A DNA stretch of 64,000 nucleotides from contig JAGOUR010000001.1 of NCBI GenBank assembly GCA_018061145.1, positions 76,793 to 140,792 of the forward strand. The letters are read 5' to 3'. Made by a program: the position numbers and the translations under genes. Below, one piece after another: positions 48,810 through 56,705 of the stretch (position 1 is its first letter; each line of letters begins with the position of its first letter). The DNA is from Minisyncoccota bacterium. Its GTDB lineage: Bacteria > Patescibacteriota > Minisyncoccia > Phycocordibacterales > UBA9973. The notes under the pieces are model-generated. The model saw nothing but the letters and a program-made list of their open reading frames with translations, ran no database searches and was not told the DNA's origin.

Positions 48810-49742
48810 CTAATTTTTCCAAAAACGACCCGACCTACCTTTATCACTACGTAATACATAATAGCCTGCAGGCAAATCACTCACATCTGTACTTGTACCC
48901 TCTCCAGTTTTTACCCTAATGCCATTAATATCAATAATTGAATACTGACAAAAATATTCAAAGAATAAGATATCTGTAGTAGGGACAGGATAAAGAAAAA
49001 TCTTTTTCTTTTGATCAATCTCCCCAAACCCTGTTGGCTTTAGTGTGATAACTTTCATCCCCACAGAAGAAGGATCCTCTGTGGAGTTACCAAGATTATC
49101 ACTCCCCCAAAACTTTCCCCACACCATACTATAAGCATTCGTATCAATATTAAAATTATAATAAAGATTTGAAATTGAACTAAAATTATTTACATTATTA
49201 TAATTAAGTTTTGTGCTCACGGGTGCTACGGCATGCTTACATAAAGAATCAGAAAATACCGCAGCATAGGCCACTGCTGTGCTCTTTGGAGATAGCTCAA
49301 TAGTACCCCTTAGTTCGATTTTTTCTGCCCCAGAGAAACGAGTCAGTGACTGATTTTTAATCTTTAGTGCACCATTACTACCGCCATTATCCCATCCGTT
49401 TCCAGACAAGGTAGTGATACTACCAATGGTTATGGTGTCTGTACCAGAATAGTCTCGTATAACAATCTTGACCAGATACGGTGTACCTGGTAAAAGCTTG
49501 TCAGCACGTAGAGAAAAAGGTGTCAGTCCATAAGTGTCCAGAGTATCTCCATCAGAAAAAATTCCTCCGAGAAATAGATAGAGATGGGTGTGCACACTAA
49601 AAACAGAACAATCCCCGTAAATAGAGATCGAATTTTTACCCACGACAAGACTATCCACAAATAATTCTGCTTCAGTAGCAGAAGAGGACTTGATTCCAGT
49701 ACCCAGTACTGACAAAGACAAGACAAGTAAAACTTTCTTCAT
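48810..49742 (-). CDS. Secreted protein with a T9SS type-A C-terminal sorting domain (Por_Secre_tail-like)
   Basis: Signal peptide MKKVLLVLSLSVLGTG. The C-terminus LYPVPTTDILFFEY...YSIIDINGIRVKTGEG...VSDLPAGYYVLRSDKGRSGRFWKN matches the CTD consensus (yPNP..l.i...v.iyDl.Gr.V...idvs.L..G.Y.v..kkfvk). Confidence 0.6.
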   Translation of the reverse strand: MKKVLLVLSLSVLGTGIKSSSATEAELFVDSLVVGKNSISIYGDCSVFSVHTHLYLFLGGIFSDGDTLDTYGLTPFSLRADKLLPGTPYLVKIVIRDYSGTDTITIGSITTLSGNGWDNGGSNGALKIKNQSLTRFSGAEKIELRGTIELSPKSTAVAYAAVFSDSLCKHAVAPVSTKLNYNNVNNFSSISNLYYNFNIDTNAYSMVWGKFWGSDNLGNSTEDPSSVGMKVITLKPTGFGEIDQKKKIFLYPVPTTDILFFEYFCQYSIIDINGIRVKTGEGTSTDVSDLPAGYYVLRSDKGRSGRFWKN

Positions 49743-49792
49743 TTTTTAATTTTTGGTTTTTATTTATTGATTACAAATGACAAATAATATAA

Positions 49793-49816
49793 AAATTCGT
49801 ATTTTCGTACGAATTT
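49793..49816. promoter_or_regulatory. 9-bp perfect inverted repeat upstream of the GH5-like gene (candidate operator)
   Basis: AAATTCGTA-ttttcg-TACGAATTT, ~60 bp upstream of the extended -10 TGGTATATT (49874-49882). That -10 sits 7 nt before ATG 49890. Confidence 0.45.
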
Positions 49817-49889
49817 GTATAAACTATTTTTATCAATATAGCACATTATTTTTCAGAAAAATAATAAATTATATGGTATATTACAAAAT

Positions 49890-51890
49890 ATGAACATAGT
49901 CAAAAAAAATATATTATTACTCACACTTATAGCAATATCTAGCCCTGGATACGCATCGGCTCTGACTGCAAATGATATGGGTTCTTTTAATCTATACAAT
50001 GGTAAATATGCCTACGGAACAAATATGGGATATTATGGAACCCACCTTACAGATCAAAATGTCGCAGAGCTCGCATACAATGCAGGAGCGCGAACTATCC
50101 GCGTATCACTACCAGACTGGCTCATCACAGGATACGGAATAGACGCCAGGAAAACAGCATTTGAATATTACAAAAATCTAGGACTCACAGACCTAACTGC
50201 ATTCCTTGGTGAGCCAAATACTACAGGCACAGACAATAGAGAAAATAAAATATTCTCCGGTGCTTCAGAGCGTGCAAAAACTTTTAAGGGTCTATATGAG
50301 CCAGTGTGGCTCGATACAGGAAAGACACAGATAAACCCCGCAAATACTTATGCATCTTATGTATATAAAACAGTAAAAAATTATGGACAATATGTAAAAT
50401 TTTGGGAGATAGTAAATGAGCCAGACTTTACATACAGCTCACATGGATGGCAAGACAAGAGTGCTGATTCAAAGAGCTGGTGGAATGTTAATCCTGATCC
50501 GGAAGATCTGACAAACCTAAAAGCCCCTATCCAATACTACATACGCGAGCTACGCGTAGCATACGACGTGATCAAGACGCTCGAACCCGGTGATTATGTA
50601 GCCACAGGTGGTATAGGATACCCATCATTCTTAGATGCACTCATGCGAAATACAGACAACCCTGTGGATGGTAGTGTCACTACCGAGTATCCACTAAAAG
50701 CTGGTGCGTATTTTGACGTACTATCTTTCCACACTTATCCGATGTATGACCTACACAAATGGGACAATGCGAAGGGTGGCTTTGTTTACAGCAGACACTC
50801 AGATGCAGCAGCAGATGCACACTTGAAATATCAAACAGAGCACAACACAATACTGGAAAAATATGGATATGAAGGATCAACTTATCCTAGGAAGCAATGG
50901 CTCGTCACAGAAACAGATATTCCCCAAGCCACAGTGGGCACAGATTGGGGTGGATCAACAGAATCAAATAATTATTTTATAAAGATGCATGTATTAGGTC
51001 AGGCGAATGGGATTATGCAGACTTACAAATATGGTCTCGGACAAAATAGTACTAGCACAGACAGCTTCAACAAGATGGGACTATATGGGGATATCAGCTC
51101 TTCTAATGCTACAGTATCCAATGCCCCAAAGACAGAGCAATACAAAGCACAGAAAACTATCAGCGAATTACTCTACGGCAAGAAATACAATCAGACAAAA
51201 ACAAATCAATTGAATTTACCTAGTACTATGCGGGGGGCAGCATTTGAAGGAGAAGATGGTAAATTCACTTATGTACTCTGGGCTAAAACAACTACTGATC
51301 TGAGTGAGAGCGTGTCTTCAAATTATACTTTTCCTTTTAATTTTGTCGGTAATCGTAGTGAATGGGACTATAGCAGTACAAGAAAAGAAACTCCTGTGAA
51401 CAACACTCTCGTGAATGTGACGTCCTCCCCTTCATTCTTCATAGAGACAAATTCATCAGGATCTAATTATAACTCAAACAACAATTCAACATATGTAAAT
51501 CCAAATTATAATTTACCCCCTATCAACCCTACATATACAGCACAGGAGAGTAATCCCACATATATTCAAAATTACAATCAGATTCCCTCTCCGTCTTATA
51601 CGAGCCCCACATACACAAATCCGACGACTTACTACCAGAATACAAAAATCCAAACAAGTATAAATTCTGGATATGTACTTACAAATAGGATAGCCACCAC
51701 TGCACCTATATTAAATATCCGCAAGACTCCAGCAGGTAAACTATATGCCCGCATAGGATACGGGGCTACGGGTACAGTAGTAGAGAATATGTATCTGAAC
51801 AAGGTCCTGTGGCATAAGGTGAATTTTGATCAGGGCGTATCTGGATGGGTACATAGTAAATATGTAAAAAATATTGCTCCACTAAAATAA
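49890..51890 (+). CDS. Secreted clan GH-A (GH5-like) glycoside hydrolase with an Asn/Tyr/Pro-rich linker and a C-terminal SH3b domain
   Basis: Signal peptide; the catalytic acid/base motif FWEIVNEPD; a low-complexity linker NYNSNNNSTYVNPNYNLPPINPTYT...; an SH3b-like C-terminus (GTVVENMYLNKVLWHKVNFDQGVSGWVHSKYV). Confidence 0.65.
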   Translation: MNIVKKNILLLTLIAISSPGYASALTANDMGSFNLYNGKYAYGTNMGYYGTHLTDQNVAELAYNAGARTIRVSLPDWLITGYGIDARKTAFEYYKNLGLTDLTAFLGEPNTTGTDNRENKIFSGASERAKTFKGLYEPVWLDTGKTQINPANTYASYVYKTVKNYGQYVKFWEIVNEPDFTYSSHGWQDKSADSKSWWNVNPDPEDLTNLKAPIQYYIRELRVAYDVIKTLEPGDYVATGGIGYPSFLDALMRNTDNPVDGSVTTEYPLKAGAYFDVLSFHTYPMYDLHKWDNAKGGFVYSRHSDAAADAHLKYQTEHNTILEKYGYEGSTYPRKQWLVTETDIPQATVGTDWGGSTESNNYFIKMHVLGQANGIMQTYKYGLGQNSTSTDSFNKMGLYGDISSSNATVSNAPKTEQYKAQKTISELLYGKKYNQTKTNQLNLPSTMRGAAFEGEDGKFTYVLWAKTTTDLSESVSSNYTFPFNFVGNRSEWDYSSTRKETPVNNTLVNVTSSPSFFIETNSSGSNYNSNNNSTYVNPNYNLPPINPTYTAQESNPTYIQNYNQIPSPSYTSPTYTNPTTYYQNTKIQTSINSGYVLTNRIATTAPILNIRKTPAGKLYARIGYGATGTVVENMYLNKVLWHKVNFDQGVSGWVHSKYVKNIAPLK

Positions 51891-51892
51891 AT

Positions 51893-51927
51893 ACTGCTCG
51901 CAAGGTTAATCTTGCGAGCAGTTTTTA
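51893..51927 (+). terminator. Intrinsic terminator after the GH5-like gene
   Basis: CTGCTCGCAAGgttaatCTTGCGAGCAG followed by TTTTTATTTT. Confidence 0.8.
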
Positions 51928-51937
51928 TTTTGAGTGG

Positions 51938-52334
51938 TTACTGTTTATATTTATTGAACCGAGCTTCAGTTCTCTCCATATACAGAACACACATACCCTC
52001 TGTAAAAAAATCATCCTTCTTGAAAATGATAATATCATTCTTTTCAATAAGAATATTTGAACCATAGGCAATTGGTAGCTCATCTGGGCTAAAAGGTTTT
52101 GTTCTAATAACAGAATAATGACTAATAATCAACTTTGTAAGATTTTTAGCTATCGAAGCCTTCAGCTCTGCCAGTCGATTGAAATTGCGACTTCCATTGA
52201 ACCATCTAGTAGATTCTTCCACTTGATTCAACATTTTAAAATCAACACCTACCCAGTACTGTTTGCCCGCAGTAATAGTATTAATCATTTCAACAACTTT
52301 TCCGATATTTTCGGAGCTTAATATAAATTGTGCC
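51938..52334 (-). CDS. Hypothetical protein (~132 aa)
   Basis: ORF; start moved to ATG at 52334 (MAQFILSS...). The ORF-track N-terminus begins at a TTG lying inside the promoter -35. Confidence 0.45.
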
Positions 52335-52344
52335 ATAAAAAAAT

Positions 52345-52392
52345 TTATTTTTTTTATAACAATATAACAAAACACACAAAATGTCAATAAAT
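52345..52392 (-). promoter_or_regulatory. Conserved promoter module TTGACA-N15-TGtTATATT (copy 1; coordinates +/-2)
   Basis: Minus strand TTTATTTATTGACATTTTGTGTGTTTTGTTATATTGTTATAA. ~40 bp of it is shared with the promoter at 63209-63258. Confidence 0.6.
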
Positions 52393-52396
52393 AAAT

Positions 52397-52876
52397 TTAT
52401 TTCAATTCGACAAGGAGTGAATCTATATCTAGGTGTTCTGTGACCATCTCCACCATACCATCATTCCCCACCTTCCATTCAGACTTTGGTCTATCGCAAT
52501 ATATCTCTACGCCATTACCATCGGGATCCTTCATATATATCGCCTCGGACACGCCATGATCTGCAGTACCATCAATAGGGTACCCAGAATCAATCAGGTG
52601 CTTTAGAACTCGAGCCAACTCTCGACGATTTGGATACAGGAATGCCACATGATACATGCCGGTGTGCCCCTGTGGTGGTGGAACCGCATCAGGACCTGAC
52701 CAAGTATTGAGTCCTATATGATGATGATACCCACCTGCTGACAGAAATACTGCTGACTTGCCATAACGAGCAGAAATTTCAAATCCCAATAAGTCACGAT
52801 AAAAAAACAACGACCGATCGAGATCTGCTACTGTTAGGTGTATGTGCCCTACTGTAGTTTCTGGGTGATTTTTCAT
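52397..52876 (-). CDS. VOC-family (glyoxalase/bleomycin-resistance/extradiol dioxygenase fold) protein
   Basis: Two beta-alpha-beta-beta-beta modules with a His/Glu metal-ligand pattern (HIHLTV...HHHIGL..., HVAF...E). Confidence 0.7.
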   Translation of the reverse strand: MKNHPETTVGHIHLTVADLDRSLFFYRDLLGFEISARYGKSAVFLSAGGYHHHIGLNTWSGPDAVPPPQGHTGMYHVAFLYPNRRELARVLKHLIDSGYPIDGTADHGVSEAIYMKDPDGNGVEIYCDRPKSEWKVGNDGMVEMVTEHLDIDSLLVELK

Positions 52877-52878
52877 AA

Positions 52879-53199
52879 TTATTTTTTAAAATCATTAATA
52901 CTCCTGAACCTCCCGGCGGTTTTATTGATGCGGTCAGTAGCGATGACTGTCAGAGAAGCTAGCATGACACCCACCCCTACTAATATGTAGATAGAAACTA
53001 TTACCCTAGACAAATCAGTCGTAGGATGTATGTCTCCGTAGCCTACCGTAGTTAAAGTAGCAACAGAAAAATAAAAACTAGTTGCTAGGTCCCACCCCTC
53101 TACCACATGAAAGGTAAAAGTCCCAATACAAAGTAATGTCAATATCGCAACAACAGCTGTAATAATATGATACCTATCATGATTCTTTGTGATATTCAT
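52879..53199 (-). CDS. Minimal two-TM potassium channel (pore-only, KcsA-like)
   Basis: Selectivity-filter signature TTVGYGD between two TM helices. 106 aa with no RCK or other regulatory domain. Confidence 0.85.
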   Translation of the reverse strand: MNITKNHDRYHIITAVVAILTLLCIGTFTFHVVEGWDLATSFYFSVATLTTVGYGDIHPTTDLSRVIVSIYILVGVGVMLASLTVIATDRINKTAGRFRSINDFKK

Positions 53200-53351
53200 A
53201 ATGTGATTATAACAGAATTAATATCATTAAAAAACCACAGGCAATCCTGCGGGCTTTTTAATCTTATTTATTTAATTTATCAAAAGAGATATATGAAGCT
53301 ATCAATTTTTAAAAAATAGACACTGTATAGCCCAGATGATATGATAAAACA

Positions 53352-54662
53352 ATGATAAAAGTAAAATCCTTCACATTTGGTTCATACAGGATAAACAAAT
53401 CACGTGGAACTATCACATTTGACTACCATGTTGAATTCAAAAGTGGGATCAGGCAAACATATCACGATAAAATTATCCTAAAAAATATCTCACCTGAACT
53501 TTGGGATAAAATACCTGCGGACATACTCAGGCACACACTAGAATCCCTGACCTTGATGATGGGGATAAACTATTGGTGTGCATTCCCTACAAAAAACATA
53601 AAGATAAAAGATTTTACTCTGACTCGCGAACAAGCTCAATTTTGGGATTCTCTTTATCTGAATGGATTAGGTGAATTCTTCTACTTTATGAAGATGGACT
53701 TTCGTGATCTGATAGCATTCCCTTATGATGAAAATAAAAAAGTCCCACTCCCATCAGACATGGAACTACCAGAGAGATCACTATTACTAAATGGTGCAGG
53801 CAAAGATTCAATATTATCTGCTGAAATATTAAAATCTTCAAATACCCCTTTTGATTTTTTTGCTTTTGCCCCTACTCCCGCTCACATGCGTATAGGAAAA
53901 TTAGTAGGTGCAAATACCATAGAGGTGAATCGCAAGATGGATTTTAGATTAGATCTAATAAAAGAATTATATGCGATATCAAATTCCTATCCTTCTGTGT
54001 CGACATTTACATTTATAGCTACGTTACTATCAGAGCTACTAGGATACAATGCGATAGTATTTTCAAATGAGAGTAGTGCAGACTTTGGAAATATGAATTA
54101 TCTAGGACTAGAAGTGAATCACCAATGGTGCAAATCTTCTGTGGCTGAAAAAATGATAAATGATTATGTTCATGATTTTATAACACCCAGTATCTCGACA
54201 GTGTCCATGCTCCGAAAGTATAACGAACTACAAATAGTAGAGAAATTTGTACAGTATCCAAAATATCTACACTATGTGACTAGTTGTAATACATATTTTT
54301 GGCTACCCCGAATAGAGCAGAGGTTCAGGAGTCATGGGTACTGGTGCAACAGATGTCCCAAATGCGCATTCCTATTCACTTGTTTTTCTGCCTTTCTACC
54401 AAAAGAAGAGGTGGTCAGTATTTTTGGAGCGGATCTATATAAAAAGAAGAGACTACTGTCTATATTCAAGAGGATAATGGGTATCGAAGGATTCAAGCCA
54501 CTAGACTGTGTAGGCGTCCCCGAAGAGATGATCCTGGCAATGCACTATGCAAAAGAGACTGGGAATTATGATGGTGATCTTATGATAAATATGTTCACAG
54601 AAAATTTCCCTGCAGACAAATACAACTTCAAAAAAATCGAAAAAGAAATACTAAAAAAGTAA
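53352..54662 (+). CDS. PP-loop (adenine-nucleotide alpha-hydrolase) superfamily protein, QueC/ExsB-like core with a C-terminal Cys cluster and a ~135-aa N-terminal extension; function unknown
   Basis: The variant PP-loop LLLNGAGKDSILSAEIL sits at ~aa 148. SC-x17-CNRCPKC at ~aa 325-348 resembles the QueC zinc motif. The extended -10 TGATATGAT (53337-53345) sits 6 nt before the ATG. Confidence 0.5.
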   Translation: MIKVKSFTFGSYRINKSRGTITFDYHVEFKSGIRQTYHDKIILKNISPELWDKIPADILRHTLESLTLMMGINYWCAFPTKNIKIKDFTLTREQAQFWDSLYLNGLGEFFYFMKMDFRDLIAFPYDENKKVPLPSDMELPERSLLLNGAGKDSILSAEILKSSNTPFDFFAFAPTPAHMRIGKLVGANTIEVNRKMDFRLDLIKELYAISNSYPSVSTFTFIATLLSELLGYNAIVFSNESSADFGNMNYLGLEVNHQWCKSSVAEKMINDYVHDFITPSISTVSMLRKYNELQIVEKFVQYPKYLHYVTSCNTYFWLPRIEQRFRSHGYWCNRCPKCAFLFTCFSAFLPKEEVVSIFGADLYKKKRLLSIFKRIMGIEGFKPLDCVGVPEEMILAMHYAKETGNYDGDLMINMFTENFPADKYNFKKIEKEILKK

Positions 54663-54665
54663 GAC

Positions 54666-54706
54666 AAATAAAAAGAGCCTTTTCCGTAGAAAAGGTTCTT
54701 TTTATT
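54666..54706. terminator. Bidirectional terminator between the convergent PP-loop and META genes
   Basis: AGAGCCTTTTccgtagAAAAGGTTCT followed by TTTTTATTTT. Confidence 0.7.
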
Positions 54707-55240
54707 TTACCTAAAGTAGACAGATCCACTATCGTATTTGAGCATCAGTATCAGCTCCCCTTTTGATGTGAACATATAGCTCTGTGTCTCGGTCAGCATC
54801 TTTGTGAATTCGGCTTCTTGTGACCCATCGCAGTACATAAGAGTAGACATCATCTTATCAAAGGTGATATTTTTGTCTTTTGTTTTATACGCCCCGCCTA
54901 CACCATTGCAGTCCGTCGTCGCAGAAAATGTATTGTCATGTTTAAATGTTAATGTGAATTTTTTATCTTTTAGTGGTGTAACTATTTTATCATCACTGTA
55001 CACAGTCTTTATCCAGTTCCACTTTGTCATATCGAGCTTCATAATATCTGGATTTGCCTCTCCTTCAAAATCTTTGACTACCAAGGGTGGCAATTTTTCT
55101 TTTTCTACTGACCGATTAATCTCTGTTTTATCTTCTACTGTAGGGATGATAATATCATCATCGGTAAAATTAAATTTATAAATACCAGCGACTATCACTA
55201 GTAAAACTATTGCGGACAAAAATATAAGTATCTTTTTCAT
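54707..55240 (-). CDS. META-domain (HslJ-like, DUF306) exported protein
   Basis: N-terminal signal anchor and the two-Cys META pattern TDCNGVGGAYK...MSTLMYCDGSQEAEF. Confidence 0.65.
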   Translation of the reverse strand: MKKILIFLSAIVLLVIVAGIYKFNFTDDDIIIPTVEDKTEINRSVEKEKLPPLVVKDFEGEANPDIMKLDMTKWNWIKTVYSDDKIVTPLKDKKFTLTFKHDNTFSATTDCNGVGGAYKTKDKNITFDKMMSTLMYCDGSQEAEFTKMLTETQSYMFTSKGELILMLKYDSGSVYFR

Positions 55241-55254
55241 ATATCTACTATACC

Positions 55255-55292
55255 ATAAAAAAGCTGGACACTTTCGTGTCCAGCTTTTTTAT
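55255..55292. terminator. Bidirectional terminator between META and terC
   Basis: AGCTGGACACtttcGTGTCCAGCT flanked by an A-run and a T-run. Confidence 0.8.
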
Positions 55293-55304
55293 GTTTGAGA
55301 ATAT

Positions 55305-56225
55305 TTATATCTTCTTTGGATACAGTATAGACAGCACGATAGAAGATGCCAGAGCAAACATGATTACACCTAGTGATAGCATGGATGATAGGTGGACACC
55401 AAATATCCCTGCTAGCATCTTGGCACCGATGAATAGCAATATGAATGCTAGACCTTTTTGCAGGTGATGGAATTTGTGCAAGATATTTTCAATGAGGAAG
55501 AACAATGCTCGTAGTCCCATAATGGCAAATATATTTGAAGTGAATACTACGAACATATTTTGAGAGATACTAAATACAGCCGGTATAGAATCCACAGCAA
55601 AGATAATATCTGTCGCCTCTACTAGGAGCACGATCATAAATAGTGATGTAAAATAAAACTTGCCTTTTTCTCGCACAAAGAACTTTCCCCCATGATGACT
55701 ATCCGTAAAAGGCAGTATCTTGTGAGCAAATTTTATAACTTTATTGTTTTTAAAATCTATATGCTCTTCCTTTTTATCATTCAATAGCTTTATACCAGTG
55801 TAGACTAGTAATGCTCCGAATACGTATAGTATCCAGTAAAATTGGCTGATCACATACGCACCTACGCCGATGAAAATTGCTCGGAACATAATAGCCCCGA
55901 TGATACCCCAGAAAAGAGCCTTGTGGTGATATTTTTCTTCGAGATTAAAGTAACTGAATATGAGCAGTATGACAAAAAGGTTGTCTACAGAGAGCATCTT
56001 TTCTGTGATATATGCACTCAGATATTGAACGGCTAGTTCCCTGCCCATGAATATGTAGATCAACCATCCAAAAGCCAAAGATATCAATATCCAAAACAAT
56101 GATTGGTAGAGTGCAGGCTTGAATTCAATTTTGTGACTTTTTTTATTAAAAAATCCGAGATCGGCAACGAGAAACCCTACGACAATGACAGAAAACAGCA
56201 CAATTAAAGCAGTTTGTGATTCCAT
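55305..56225 (-). CDS. terC: TerC-family integral membrane protein
   Basis: TerC signature ATDIIFAVDSIPAVFSIS and multiple TM helices. Confidence 0.85.
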   Translation of the reverse strand: MESQTALIVLFSVIVVGFLVADLGFFNKKSHKIEFKPALYQSLFWILISLAFGWLIYIFMGRELAVQYLSAYITEKMLSVDNLFVILLIFSYFNLEEKYHHKALFWGIIGAIMFRAIFIGVGAYVISQFYWILYVFGALLVYTGIKLLNDKKEEHIDFKNNKVIKFAHKILPFTDSHHGGKFFVREKGKFYFTSLFMIVLLVEATDIIFAVDSIPAVFSISQNMFVVFTSNIFAIMGLRALFFLIENILHKFHHLQKGLAFILLFIGAKMLAGIFGVHLSSMLSLGVIMFALASSIVLSILYPKKI

Positions 56226-56243
56226 ATGATATTTAAGATATTA

Positions 56244-56648
56244 TTATTTTGATATGACTTGTGTACAGTGTGCGCAGCGCTTTGCCTCGATGGGAACCTC
56301 ACTCATACACTCTGTACATTTTTTTGTAGTAGGATCTGCTGATGGTTCACGGCGTGATCTTGAGATGAGCACATTCATAGGTTTTACTACAAAGAAAAAT
56401 ACAGCAGATGATACCAATAGGAATGATATGAGTGCATTGATAAAATGACCGACCATAAACTTGCTACCATTTATAGTGAATGACAACGCAGAAAAGTCAG
56501 GAGTACTAGCGATAGCTGCGATCAATGGAGTGAGCAGATCTGATACTAGTGCAGTCACGATAGTACCAAAAGCCGCACCGATGACGACACCGACAGCCAA
56601 GTCTACCACATTACCCCGAAGCAAAAATTGTTTAAATTCTTTTAACAT
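56244..56648 (-). CDS. mscL: Large-conductance mechanosensitive channel MscL with an appended C-terminal zinc ribbon
   Basis: MLKEFKQFLLRGNVVDLAVGVVIGAAFGTIV is the MscL TM1 consensus. The C-terminus carries KKCTECMSEVPIEAKRCAHCTQ (CxxC-x11-CxxC). Confidence 0.85.
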   Translation of the reverse strand: MLKEFKQFLLRGNVVDLAVGVVIGAAFGTIVTALVSDLLTPLIAAIASTPDFSALSFTINGSKFMVGHFINALISFLLVSSAVFFFVVKPMNVLISRSRREPSADPTTKKCTECMSEVPIEAKRCAHCTQVISK

Positions 56649-56705
56649 AAATTATTTGTTTATATTTATATTGATATATTATATCAAATTTAATAATATT
56701 TATTT

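Noticed and set aside
52335-52400. Apparent 2-nt coordinate inconsistency between my hand count and the ORF-track coordinates around 52335-52400
   Set aside because: Probably my counting error or a homopolymer-length ambiguity. Features there are given with +/-2 nt tolerance rather than interpreted biologically (e.g. as a frameshift).
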